A stretch of 41,957 nt of DNA, taken from the IMG/VR virus record IMGVR_UViG_3300045988_159394, positions 1 to 41,957 of that record, one strand, 5' to 3'. Both the position numbers and the translations under genes were made by a program. Source of the stretch: a virus. Numbering within the stretch: position 1 is the stretch's first letter; the number at the start of each line of letters is the position of its first letter. A model generated the notes under the pieces. That model was not told the DNA's origin. It searched no databases and saw only the letters and a program-made list of their open reading frames with translations. Shown here in pieces: positions 17,274 to 26,213 of this stretch.

Positions 17274-17741
17274 CTATTCCTCCTCTGTCAGATCAGTCCC
17301 GTTCACCTGCAACTGCATCGACTGCATCAGTTCATACTGGACACGGCCGGCTTCTTCATCGGTCCAGGCGTCACGGAAATCAAGATTAAAAATATAATGC
17401 AGGATGTCATCCACGACGGTCATCTCTGCATCCAAAATAGTGATGTGCCGGTCCATAATGACCAGCACCGGCCGGATTGTCCTGTCAAGGGTATCCGCTA
17501 CATCATAGACAGCTGTGCGGTTAACCCGGCCCATGGTGTCTTTCGGATGGATGTAGGTAACATCCACCTGAATCAGACGGTCACTATATACATCATCGAC
17601 TGTTGTCGCTGTCGGCATCAGTTCGACATAAAAATAAGGCGCATCCGATTTTTCTACATTATCGAAGTGCACCCTGCATTCCGGGTATTTTGTTTTCAGT
17701 ACGTTTACGATGGCCGCTTTGATTTCACGCAGTGTAATCAT
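17274..17741 (-). CDS. Hypothetical tail-completion protein (155 aa)
   Basis: ORF track; position. Confidence 0.45.
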   Translation of the reverse strand: MITLREIKAAIVNVLKTKYPECRVHFDNVEKSDAPYFYVELMPTATTVDDVYSDRLIQVDVTYIHPKDTMGRVNRTAVYDVADTLDRTIRPVLVIMDRHITILDAEMTVVDDILHYIFNLDFRDAWTDEEAGRVQYELMQSMQLQVNGTDLTEEE

Positions 17742-18106
17742 TCATCAAGCACCGCCTTCATGATGGTATCAGCATCATCCCGGAACGTCTTTTCCGCCTG
17801 CAGCATCCCACGATGGAGCATTTTACTCCCCTTTACGAATCCTTTCCCGCCACGGGTCCGGTGTCCGTATTCGACATGGGCGGCATATTCGACGTTATTA
17901 TAGATTTCCGACTTGCCCTGCACCGCCCTGGACCGTTTCCAGCCGCCTTTCAGCCGGCCTGTATCAACAGGAGTATTGTCCTGGACTTTCCCCCGGATTA
18001 CTTCTGCTTCCTGGGCGACGAACTGATTCATCTTTCTGGCTCCCTGTCCCTCGATTTTGGCTAATCGCTCATCGAAGGCGTCGAAGCTACCAAATCGCAT
18101 CCCCAT
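17738..18106 (-). CDS. HK97 gp10-like tail component
   Basis: TGRLKGGW...EYG signature; 122 aa. Confidence 0.6.
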   Translation of the reverse strand: MGMRFGSFDAFDERLAKIEGQGARKMNQFVAQEAEVIRGKVQDNTPVDTGRLKGGWKRSRAVQGKSEIYNNVEYAAHVEYGHRTRGGKGFVKGSKMLHRGMLQAEKTFRDDADTIMKAVLDE

Positions 18107-18483
18107 TACGCCTCATCCTCTCTTCGGACGCTGATTTCCTGATGCGTCGGATACTTGAAGGCCTTTGCGGCATTGAGCTGGAACGTCTGTCCATCATGGG
18201 TAATCGTCAGTATGTCGTTCGGTAGGATATCGTACTTAGGATCCAGACAAATCCGCAGGTCCGTCTTCGTGAAGAATTCCCGCGGATTCTGTCCGCTCTG
18301 CAGTTCCTTTCCATATTGTGTCAGGTGGCAAGGAATATCCTGATAGATGGCCTGCGCCGTATAATCATCGGCCCCTTCGTCGTCTTTTACTGACTGCTGC
18401 CGGTACACGGTGACGCGGTCTTTATACATGTATTTCATGAGCAGATTCTTGCATCGGTTCCATGGCATCGTCATACGGGCCAC
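18106..18483 (-). CDS. Head-tail adaptor / head closure protein
   Basis: 125 aa; position. Confidence 0.5.
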   Translation of the reverse strand: MARMTMPWNRCKNLLMKYMYKDRVTVYRQQSVKDDEGADDYTAQAIYQDIPCHLTQYGKELQSGQNPREFFTKTDLRICLDPKYDILPNDILTITHDGQTFQLNAAKAFKYPTHQEISVRREDEA

Positions 18484-18857
18484 CTGACTTTTCGATACGG
18501 TGCAAGACGGGCTGTAAAAGATTGCAGATCCGCATCGGTCTGGCTTCCCGATTGTGTCATATCTGACACGGCAAATTGGAATTTTGTATCATTCTGCTCC
18601 AGGCTCTTCAATGCACCCTGACGACCGCCATTCGCTTTATCTTCCAGCCATTGTGATATGTAATCCGTTGCTGTATAGATCAGCGTTTTAGGGAAATCTT
18701 CCCGGTTGCAATAATCCAGGACAAAACCGACAAATTTATTTGCATACATCGTAAGAGCTGCATCCTCTGCCGGCTCACCACGGATACTTTGCACATTGTC
18801 AATAATGAGCGTTACCGCTTCATCTGCCGTTACACACTGCATACCTTTCACCTCCAT
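18471..18857 (-). CDS. gp6-like head-tail connector protein
   Basis: 128 aa; position after the MuF and small genes. Confidence 0.5.
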   Translation of the reverse strand: MEVKGMQCVTADEAVTLIIDNVQSIRGEPAEDAALTMYANKFVGFVLDYCNREDFPKTLIYTATDYISQWLEDKANGGRQGALKSLEQNDTKFQFAVSDMTQSGSQTDADLQSFTARLAPYRKVRWPV

Positions 18858-18900
18858 TTGGGCATGAAAAAAGCACCCACATCGTGAGTGCTAAAAAACA

Positions 18901-19143
18901 TTAAGGTGCTTCATAATCAGTAATATCCGGAAGGATTTCCTGTAATGTCTTCCCATCAAAAAAAATAGTATTGAAAATCGTATTCCAATCTTTGGTTACC
19001 AGGTCTGGCTGCTGCCCGTACCCATACCACATGACATAGTGCCCATCGACAGGATCGATTCCACATCCCTTACCTTTGTAGGTCCAGGTAGCGCAGGATT
19101 GGCTAGTATCAATATCTCGCTCTATGTCATTGCGTGTAATCAT
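18901..19143 (-). CDS. Hypothetical protein (80 aa)
   Basis: ORF track. Confidence 0.4.
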   Translation of the reverse strand: MITRNDIERDIDTSQSCATWTYKGKGCGIDPVDGHYVMWYGYGQQPDLVTKDWNTIFNTIFFDGKTLQEILPDITDYEAP

Positions 19144-20525
19144 AATTTATCTCCCATCTTTTCTCTAATGAAACTAGGAATTTCACCAGCTTTGCCATGA
19201 ATAGGAATCCCATCCCCCGTGCGTTTATCATACCAATGGGCATGTTCACCATGTAATCCATAATTTGCTTCATTTTTATGCCCATGGTCACTATCGGCAA
19301 CTTGAAGATACTGATTCCCTTTAGCATCATAAAAATTGTATTCCACATTGCCTTTTTTAGAAATCTTCTGAGTTATTGCATATGGAGTTTCATGCAATTC
19401 CGTACGATTTACCTTTATTATATTTGATAAATTATGATGAGTAAAGTTTCCTTTTCCTTGTTTCCAAGTTTTATACGATATTTGTTTATCAATATAGATA
19501 AGTTTCCAATCAACATATTGTAATTCAGCCGGCACATAATACGTCTTGCCCTTGTCATTCCTGGCAATGCGCGTCCCGGCCTTCTTTTTATCCGGCCCGT
19601 ACAGGCTCCCTGCAATGGTGGAGCGACAGTTCGGGTGAAGTGGTGGGGCCGTACTGCCTGGCTGGTATTCGTCGATGGGATAAACATGGCCATCATGTTC
19701 CCGGCAGGTCGCTGACGTCCGGCGGTCCAGTGTCGCAGAAAAGCGGTAATACTTCATCCCTGCTTCTTTGATACTGTCCATGGCACTTTGATTTTCAACG
19801 TAATTCAGCTCTGTCCGAACCAGGCGTCGTGCATTACTGATTCCAACATCCATCCGCTGGGATACCCTCTTAGAGATAGATTCTATGCTTTCCCCTCGAT
19901 GAACGGCTGTCATCATCTCAGACTTCAGTGTTCGTGCCAGCAGCCGCTGATTTTTCCAGATTCGCTGGCTGTAATTCATCCCACTCCATCGATTCCGGAG
20001 CACCTGCGTCAGATCATCACGGTTTACTTTAGCAAAGGAGGCCGGTAATCCGATTTCCTTCCCAATATCAAACAGCCCATGATAATAATTGTCTTTGTAT
20101 GCATCTGTGAGGAAATCCGTCATGGTCTCAGAAACCTTATGTCCTAACGCATCCAGTTCCATCAAGGTTTCACTGTACAGCTTATCCAGGCGGCTGATAC
20201 GGCTGCGCATAGCCAGGACATTCAGTTCCCGTTCAAGACCTTTGTCCCCGTTTTCCTTTATCTGCCTGATATATTCCTCAATCGTCATACGCCACTGCCG
20301 GTATTCACTTCCCGTAATCAGCCTGCGCGCTTCTTCGACTGATAGTGCATTATCTTTGGCAAACCGGCCATACAGTGCCGCCATATCGGTCTGGATATGG
20401 CCCAGCGATGCAAGATAGTACCGGGCCAGTTCCTTTTCAATGGTTTCCTGGCATTTCTTGTGCCATTCTTTTTCCCGCTCTATGGCTCTCTGTGCCCAAT
20501 ACTCTTCGCTGTCCACATCCATCAC
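19140..20525 (-). CDS. Phage Mu F / SPP1 gp7-like minor head protein with an extra, AT-rich C-terminal His-rich domain of about 110 aa
   Basis: Core RTELNYVENQ...TSATCREHDGHVY...PLHPNCRSTI. C-terminus ...ADSDHGHKNEANYGLHGEHAHWYDKRTGDGIPIHGKAG. Confidence 0.8.
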   Translation of the reverse strand: MMDVDSEEYWAQRAIEREKEWHKKCQETIEKELARYYLASLGHIQTDMAALYGRFAKDNALSVEEARRLITGSEYRQWRMTIEEYIRQIKENGDKGLERELNVLAMRSRISRLDKLYSETLMELDALGHKVSETMTDFLTDAYKDNYYHGLFDIGKEIGLPASFAKVNRDDLTQVLRNRWSGMNYSQRIWKNQRLLARTLKSEMMTAVHRGESIESISKRVSQRMDVGISNARRLVRTELNYVENQSAMDSIKEAGMKYYRFSATLDRRTSATCREHDGHVYPIDEYQPGSTAPPLHPNCRSTIAGSLYGPDKKKAGTRIARNDKGKTYYVPAELQYVDWKLIYIDKQISYKTWKQGKGNFTHHNLSNIIKVNRTELHETPYAITQKISKKGNVEYNFYDAKGNQYLQVADSDHGHKNEANYGLHGEHAHWYDKRTGDGIPIHGKAGEIPSFIREKMGDKL

Positions 20526-20534
20526 CTGCCCTTA

Positions 20535-21503
20535 TCAGCCTACTTTATGTTTCAATGCTACGATACGGATGGCTTTCGGTTCATACACGCGTTTCCAGTT
20601 CGTTGCCGTTGCCAGTTCTTCTCTGGATGGAGATTCTACGTTGGCACGTACAGCATTCTGCCATGCAATTCCACGGGGGTGCATGATGAAGCAGCGGCGG
20701 TTGTAAAGCATGTTGATACCGGCACCAAGGTCCGGGTCACGTTTCGTTTCTGTCTGCACGAAACCTACCGGGTTCCCTTCCCCATAAGCGACCGCTCCCA
20801 ATCCGAAGAAGTACGTCGTATAAACACCCTCAGCGGCCGGGCATCCATCGTCCACAATGACACGGCGTCCCTGATAGGTATCGAATTCTACGGAAGTGCT
20901 GTCCCGTTCCGTCGTAATGAGATTCTGTTTCTTAAGGTACGCTTTTGTTGCGGAATGCATAACAACCGCTGTCAGCTGGTCCTGAGCATCACCCAGAAGC
21001 TGCAGAGTATCAATGACAGCAGATGCACTAATATTGGCGGCATTGCCTGTCTTTTTAGAAATATCCAGTACATGGTCTGTCATCGTATCGGCTCCAAAGA
21101 CGCCAGTCAAAATATTAATCAGTTCTTTCTGATACTGACGGGCCCAGTAATCAGCAACCAGGTCGCCGATGGCACGCATCGGGTCACTGCCTGCTAGTGC
21201 AGCCGAAAGAGACGTAGCACTCCATTTCTGCTGACGCATGATAGTTGTCGATACGTCTTTATTAGACGTGATTTTCTGGAATTCGATTGACTTTCCTTCT
21301 ACGATATTCTGGGCATCACCAGAAAGATCTTCAAAGAAAGGCATATTATGTGTACGGGCCGCTTCGCTGGCTAATGCATCGAAAGCTGCATTCCGTGTAA
21401 TGATACCGCTACTGAAAAACGCCGATTTTTCCATTGTCCGCTGAATGACATACGGATTAAAGAGTTCCGGTACAATGACGTCTGTCAAAGTTGTTCCTGC
21501 CAT
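20535..21503 (-). CDS. Major capsid protein
   Basis: 322 aa, directly downstream of the GP20-type scaffold gene. Confidence 0.65.
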   Translation of the reverse strand: MAGTTLTDVIVPELFNPYVIQRTMEKSAFFSSGIITRNAAFDALASEAARTHNMPFFEDLSGDAQNIVEGKSIEFQKITSNKDVSTTIMRQQKWSATSLSAALAGSDPMRAIGDLVADYWARQYQKELINILTGVFGADTMTDHVLDISKKTGNAANISASAVIDTLQLLGDAQDQLTAVVMHSATKAYLKKQNLITTERDSTSVEFDTYQGRRVIVDDGCPAAEGVYTTYFFGLGAVAYGEGNPVGFVQTETKRDPDLGAGINMLYNRRCFIMHPRGIAWQNAVRANVESPSREELATATNWKRVYEPKAIRIVALKHKVG

Positions 21504-21516
21504 AATTCATTACCTC

Positions 21517-22155
21517 CTATACATTTACATTGAGAGTGACTCCAGCGGCCGCCGCGAGAGCTTTAGCCTGTTCTGGATTTTCACGCAACAGCTTGCCCTG
21601 TTCTGTCATATTGAATGTCTCTTTAGCAAAGGGATTCTTCATATTATTTCCGCCGCCACCATTAGGACTATATTTCGGCGGATTACCAGGTGCTGCTTTA
21701 AACAAAAATGGTTTGCTTTCCTTGAGTGCCTTAAGCTGTTCATCAAGGCCAGTGACTTTTCCATCTTCACCAAGGATGAGCTTATCCCTGTCAAACAAGC
21801 CGGAAACAATCCCGACATCCTGCGCACTATCACCTATAGCCAGTTGAATGGCCGTAGTCAGTTTCAGATTCTTCATCTGGTCTTCATATTTTTCTTTTGC
21901 CTGATTATTTTCTGTCTGAAGCTGTTTGATTTGCGCTTTCAAGGCTTCTGTATCGCCTTTGCTATTCTTCAGGGTTTCCAGTTGCTTGTCTCGTTCTGCA
22001 ACTGTTGTCTTCAAGGTCTTCTTTTCCTCGTTGACCTCGTTGAAACGAGATTTTGTTACATAATTGCCATCCAGATAATCATGAAGAGTTTTGGAAGCTT
22101 CTTCCCTTTTATCATCAGCAATCCCTAATTTCTGGGTTAATTCTTCAATCGTCAT
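21517..22155 (-). CDS. Scaffolding protein (GP20-like, coiled-coil)
   Basis: K/E/Q-rich repeats LKAQIKQLQTENNQAKEKYEDQMKNLK. Confidence 0.65.
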   Translation of the reverse strand: MTIEELTQKLGIADDKREEASKTLHDYLDGNYVTKSRFNEVNEEKKTLKTTVAERDKQLETLKNSKGDTEALKAQIKQLQTENNQAKEKYEDQMKNLKLTTAIQLAIGDSAQDVGIVSGLFDRDKLILGEDGKVTGLDEQLKALKESKPFLFKAAPGNPPKYSPNGGGGNNMKNPFAKETFNMTEQGKLLRENPEQAKALAAAAGVTLNVNV

Positions 22156-22218
22156 TTTATATCTCCTTTCCGGTTTTTACCGCGGTTACCGACCCGCGCC
22201 AAAGTAATACAAGCCTAT

Positions 22219-22386
22219 TTACGTAGTCGTTCCTGTGGAGCCAGTCCCGGATGCCCCATACTTTGTATTTCTTTCACAGCATTCCTGAATAATCCGACAA
22301 ATTTCATATTCCGTCTTATCCATAACAGACTTAAATGGGAAATCCTCGCCGAACTGCTCTGCATATTGTTTGAGCCATTTATACAT
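22219..22386 (-). CDS. Small protein (55 aa) between the portal and scaffold genes; absent from the ORF track
   Basis: Translated by hand: MYKWLKQYAEQFGEDFPFKSVMDKTEYEICRIIQECCERNTKYGASGTGSTGTTT. RBS AAGGGAGGTGA-6nt-ATG, overlapping the portal stop. Confidence 0.5.
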   Translation of the reverse strand: MYKWLKQYAEQFGEDFPFKSVMDKTEYEICRIIQECCERNTKYGASGTGSTGTTT

Positions 22387-23764
22387 CGTCATCACCTCCC
22401 TTACCGTTCAAATCGCCATAGATATCGTCTTTATCAGCTTGATTCTTTTCTTCATCATCCAGTTCTTTTTCTTCATCATCCACGTTCTCGACAAAAGGAT
22501 GATTCTTAAGAATGGTCTTACGGCTGATGATGCCATTGGATTTACTGCACATATCAACCAGTTCCGCGTCATTTCGGATACTTGTACGGGTCCAGGTCTG
22601 TATGATGTTTTGGCACTGCTGTCCATGGACACGTAAAATAGCCCGTATCAGCTTGTTGAATCCCAACCGGAATTCTGTTTCCATCATCCCTGCTTTGAGT
22701 TCCAACAGAGCATACAGAAATTTCATTGCTTCCCCGGACGTCTTATCCAGTCCCTGCTGCTGTGGATCTATTCCCTGTCCCATATCGAAAATAGATTTTC
22801 GGGTCAGCTCCAGCATTTTATCCCTTGCCTCGACAGGTATTTCAATAGTCAGCGTAGAAACCCCGGAAGCGTCTCCGTTGCCATTATTCTCGATATTGAT
22901 TGCCTTGTAATATTTCAGATTCTTCAGGAAAGGCGCCAGATCTTCACTGCCATAGTTGGTAAGGACGAAAATAACTTCCTGTACATCTTCCAGGTCATTC
23001 ATGAATCCGCTGTAAGTTTTGTCGTATGCATCAATCAGGGGCTTTACGTCATCCAAATCACTGCTTGTCAGATTATTATTGCAGAATGGGATAAAAGGAA
23101 CATCTCCTAACTGGTGGATGAACTGGTTAGCTGCAGGCGATATACCGGCATCATAAAATTCCGTAAAACATGGCCATGGCATCAGTCCTATAGCAATATC
23201 GTCACTGGCCCGTTTACGGAATGCCTGGCACTCTGTATCATTCCAGTATTCATAAACATCGTATACATCCCCGTTGTCATCAAAATCACGATATACCCGG
23301 AGCACAGCCAAAAGCTGATGATCCAGTTTAGGAGACCAGACCGGAATCACTTCCCCCGATGGAACGACGCCCCAAGTGAAACCGTTTTCACTGTCTATCC
23401 AGTAATGTACCCATGCAATCCCAGCATTGGATGCGTTGACGGCCAAATCCTTACAACGTTTTCCATAATAATCGCCCAATGACTGCGTAATCAGCTGGTT
23501 CTGATCATCGTTCTTTACATCAAATGTAGGCGGCGTCGTAAACATATACGCGACTTTCTGATTGACCAGCAGTTTATAAAAGCTGTGTGGCAGCCGGTTG
23601 TCTGCATGGCGGAGCGGATTTTCCTTTTCTTCCTTTTTTGATGGAGGAAATAAGATGTCATTCTGCACACGATAATACCGTTCAGCTGTCCACGCATGCG
23701 CCTGGAACTCTCCATGCCCTGCCGTATATCGTTTGATTACTTTTTTCGCTGTCTCTAAATCCAT
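22379..23764 (-). CDS. Portal protein (SPP1 gp6-like)
   Basis: 461 aa, follows terL; acidic C-terminus. Confidence 0.8.
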   Translation of the reverse strand: MDLETAKKVIKRYTAGHGEFQAHAWTAERYYRVQNDILFPPSKKEEKENPLRHADNRLPHSFYKLLVNQKVAYMFTTPPTFDVKNDDQNQLITQSLGDYYGKRCKDLAVNASNAGIAWVHYWIDSENGFTWGVVPSGEVIPVWSPKLDHQLLAVLRVYRDFDDNGDVYDVYEYWNDTECQAFRKRASDDIAIGLMPWPCFTEFYDAGISPAANQFIHQLGDVPFIPFCNNNLTSSDLDDVKPLIDAYDKTYSGFMNDLEDVQEVIFVLTNYGSEDLAPFLKNLKYYKAINIENNGNGDASGVSTLTIEIPVEARDKMLELTRKSIFDMGQGIDPQQQGLDKTSGEAMKFLYALLELKAGMMETEFRLGFNKLIRAILRVHGQQCQNIIQTWTRTSIRNDAELVDMCSKSNGIISRKTILKNHPFVENVDDEEKELDDEEKNQADKDDIYGDLNGKGGDDDV

Positions 23765-23768
23765 GTAA

Positions 23769-25058
23769 TCACCTCAAAATATGGATGCCTGCCCGCGGCA
23801 TCGCTGGTCCCATGCCGTATCGTACTGCATCAATGGCATGGTTGTTTTTGTCCGGATAAGCACTGATGAACTGCCCTTCCCGGTTCCGCTCGTATTCATA
23901 ACTGATAAATTCACGGAATGTATTCGGGCATCGCCGTTTATCGATATAAATATGCGCCCGGTCCTGCAGCCACTTGATACCATGTTCGACGCTGTCCGGC
24001 CCTTTACGTGCACCTGTAATGTGCAGTCCGTAATCTTTCATTTCTTTGATGGATTTCGGTTCTGCACTATCAGCAATAATCAGCCTGTCGCCGGTTCGCT
24101 GTGCTATCCGGCCAGCCGCCTGGCTGTTCGTCAGTTTCTGCTGATAAATCTCGTCGAAGATATACAGATCTTCCCGTTTTGCATCGTAGTACATGGCCAC
24201 ATAAGCCAGCGGATCTACAGCAAAGCCGAAGTCCAGACCGTAGTACAACCTGTCAAAGTTTCCGACAAGTTCATTGCTCATCGTCATATCGCTGACATTT
24301 TCGAAGACAGTCCCGCCCGTGCCAGTGACTTCACCGAGATACTCATGACGATAAGCCATTTCATTCTTGGCCTTGAGCTTCTCGGCTTCAGCAAGGAACT
24401 GCGGGCCAAGCCATGTTTTAGGAACGTCCAAGTATGTCGAATGGTGGATCAGTCTGTCTGGATCATCGATGAGTATTTCCTCGTTGACCCAGTTGTTTTG
24501 TGATTTCGGCGGATTGTAGGTTCCGAATACCAGATAGGACGGGCCGCCACGTAGAAGGGATTGCAGTACGTTGCGGATTTCTTCCATCCCGCTGAACTGG
24601 TCTAGCTCCTCGAACCACACGATACCGACGTAACCAAACGGAAGCTTGATGGATTTGACCTTTGCCGGGTCATCGAGGCCGAAGAATAAGATCTTCTGCC
24701 CGGTCGGCTTATATGTAATTTCCGGCGGTGACATCTTGATGCGGAATTTGTCCAGCACGCCCAGCTGCTCTAAACCCCAGACAATCTGAGGCATGACGCT
24801 GTTCTTGATGGTATTACCGACTTTGCGCAGTACGACAGCATGGATTTCCGGATGCTCCAGCAAAGACAGCGGGATACGGATACCGCCAACAAATGAAGAT
24901 TTCGTACTTCCACGGCCACCTGCCAGCATATAGAACGTATGCCGGTGTTCTTCCACGTCAAAAAAGACCTCATCGAACGATGGAGCAATCAGGTCAGCTA
25001 TATTAATTTTCTTCCGTTTTCGGGTTACGTGAGAATTCAAATACAACGGCCTCCTCAT
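23769..25058 (-). CDS. Terminase large subunit (PBSX/XtmB-like; headful packaging)
   Basis: 429 aa with ATPase and nuclease halves; overlaps terS. Confidence 0.85.
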   Translation of the reverse strand: MRRPLYLNSHVTRKRKKINIADLIAPSFDEVFFDVEEHRHTFYMLAGGRGSTKSSFVGGIRIPLSLLEHPEIHAVVLRKVGNTIKNSVMPQIVWGLEQLGVLDKFRIKMSPPEITYKPTGQKILFFGLDDPAKVKSIKLPFGYVGIVWFEELDQFSGMEEIRNVLQSLLRGGPSYLVFGTYNPPKSQNNWVNEEILIDDPDRLIHHSTYLDVPKTWLGPQFLAEAEKLKAKNEMAYRHEYLGEVTGTGGTVFENVSDMTMSNELVGNFDRLYYGLDFGFAVDPLAYVAMYYDAKREDLYIFDEIYQQKLTNSQAAGRIAQRTGDRLIIADSAEPKSIKEMKDYGLHITGARKGPDSVEHGIKWLQDRAHIYIDKRRCPNTFREFISYEYERNREGQFISAYPDKNNHAIDAVRYGMGPAMPRAGIHILR

Positions 25059-25506
25059 CAGTGTTCGTATTCAGATCCGCGACTTCCGCCTTGAGTTTTT
25101 GATTACGGAGTTCCTGTTCTTCCTGTGCCGGCTTAGTCGGATACCGCTTCAACAGCAATTCTGCCGCCTTCAGCCGGTCGCGTGCGCTTATCTGCTTTTC
25201 CATGATGCGGGCTCTGGAACATCCATCATCACAGCCTTCCACTACAATACACTCTTCCTGTATCTCGCCGCGCATGGCTGCCGTCAAATGCTGCATCACT
25301 TCTTCAGGCGTCGCTGTCTTAGCGGCTTCCATAGCATCCAGTCGTTCCTGGATAGCCTTTTGGATTTGAGGTTTTCTTAGGTTCTCTGCTCCTGTCGCAT
25401 ATGCCGTTTTTTCACTGTATCCGGCCCTTTTAGCGGCTTCTGTAGCATTAGCCGTCTCGATATAAGCATCAATGAATCTGCGCTGTTTTAACGTCAATTT
25501 AGCCAT
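25003..25506 (-). CDS. Terminase small subunit (Terminase_2 / P27 family)
   Basis: MAKLTLKQRRFIDAYIETANATEAAKRAGYSEKTAYATGAENLRKPQIQKAI. Confidence 0.8.
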   Translation of the reverse strand: MAKLTLKQRRFIDAYIETANATEAAKRAGYSEKTAYATGAENLRKPQIQKAIQERLDAMEAAKTATPEEVMQHLTAAMRGEIQEECIVVEGCDDGCSRARIMEKQISARDRLKAAELLLKRYPTKPAQEEQELRNQKLKAEVADLNTNTDEEAVVFEFSRNPKTEEN

Positions 25507-25597
25507 GCTACATATTCACCACCATCCTCTTTACGGCTGAAAAACGCGTGTATAAAATTGAGTTAAAATTTTAATTTTATTCTTTATTTAAAGTCCC

Positions 25598-25621
25598 ATT
25601 ATACATATAGTGTCATATAGT
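25598..25621 (-). promoter_or_regulatory. Putative late promoter for the packaging/structural operon: extended -10 TGTATAAT with a tandem ACTATATG direct repeat just upstream
   Basis: Minus strand reads cttgatgcaACTATATGacACTATATGTATAATggg, about 85 nt before the terS ATG. Confidence 0.45.
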
Positions 25622-25798
25622 TGCATCAAGTTCACTACGCAATAATATTTATTCATTTTTGTAATTTGACTAACTAGCCAGCATGATGTATATTAAAGTT
25701 GACTTATGTTTAGTCCACAGAATATTGCTGAATGACGTCGCGAATCATTTAGCCAAGGACAAAATAATTATTAGTCCTCGTCTGTTGTGTGTCACGGG

Positions 25799-25830
25799 AA
25801 AAGGCTCTAGATATATCTAGAGCCTTTTTT
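25799..25830. terminator. Bidirectional rho-independent terminator (perfect 22-bp palindrome flanked by an A-run and a T-run)
   Basis: aaaaGGCTCTAGATATATCTAGAGCCtttttt. Confidence 0.7.
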
Positions 25831-25845
25831 CGTGTCCACAAGATA

Positions 25846-25854
25846 TGGTATAAT
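25846..25854 (+). promoter_or_regulatory. Extended -10 promoter TGGTATAAT for the plus-strand moron
   Basis: Read directly. An identical nonamer precedes the other plus-strand moron at 36778. Confidence 0.5.
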
Positions 25855-25862
25855 GAACTCGT

Positions 25863-25876
25863 GCGGGGCGCCCCGC
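25863..25876 (+). promoter_or_regulatory. GC-rich perfect palindrome GCGGGGCGCCCCGC in the moron 5' UTR
   Basis: Located between the -10 and the RBS. Confidence 0.4.
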
Positions 25877-25906
25877 CTCAATTCTCTACGAAAAGAGGTG
25901 GCAGCT

Positions 25907-26074
25907 GTGGACGAAAAACATAAGTCAAACGTCATTTTCCGAGCTTATCGCAAAGATCCCCGTACTGGGAAAATCTTATACGCCCGCAACTATGGGTTAC
26001 GAGCTTGGCCCATCCCTGTTGATGGATTAAAAGATGGCAATGTTTCACAGTCTCGTACAACTAAGTCTGAATAG
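25907..26074 (+). CDS. Small basic moron protein (55 aa, GTG start)
   Basis: RBS AAAAGAGGTGG-5nt-GTG. VDEKHKSNVIFRAYRKDPRTGKILYARNYGLRAWPIPVDGLKDGNVSQSRTTKSE. The ATG at 25832 lies upstream of the promoter and is therefore unlikely to be the start. Confidence 0.5.
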   Translation: MDEKHKSNVIFRAYRKDPRTGKILYARNYGLRAWPIPVDGLKDGNVSQSRTTKSE

Positions 26075-26095
26075 GACCGCAACCTGTTCAGCAGG

Positions 26096-26127
26096 CTCTC
26101 CTTGCGTTTTGCAAGGAGAGTTTTTTT
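26096..26127 (+). terminator. Rho-independent terminator
   Basis: CTCTCCTTGC-gtttt-GCAAGGAGAG followed by TTTTTTT. Confidence 0.75.
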
Positions 26128-26213
26128 ACAAATAAGGAACCCGCTGCCCCGTCCGGTCTACTCACACAGACAAGTACAACTAAGTTCCTTTATCGCAAAT
26201 TCTTACACTACTA

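Noticed and set aside
19127-19348. 73-aa minus-strand ORF overlapping the 3' end of the MuF gene
   Set aside because: It is an alternative frame inside the MuF C-terminal extension with no RBS, so probably spurious.
25832-25906. ATG at 25832 as the start of the moron ORF (80-aa version in the ORF track)
   Set aside because: It lies upstream of the only promoter-like element and inside the terminator T-run and promoter. The GTG at 25907 with AAAAGAGGTGG 5 nt upstream is the better start.
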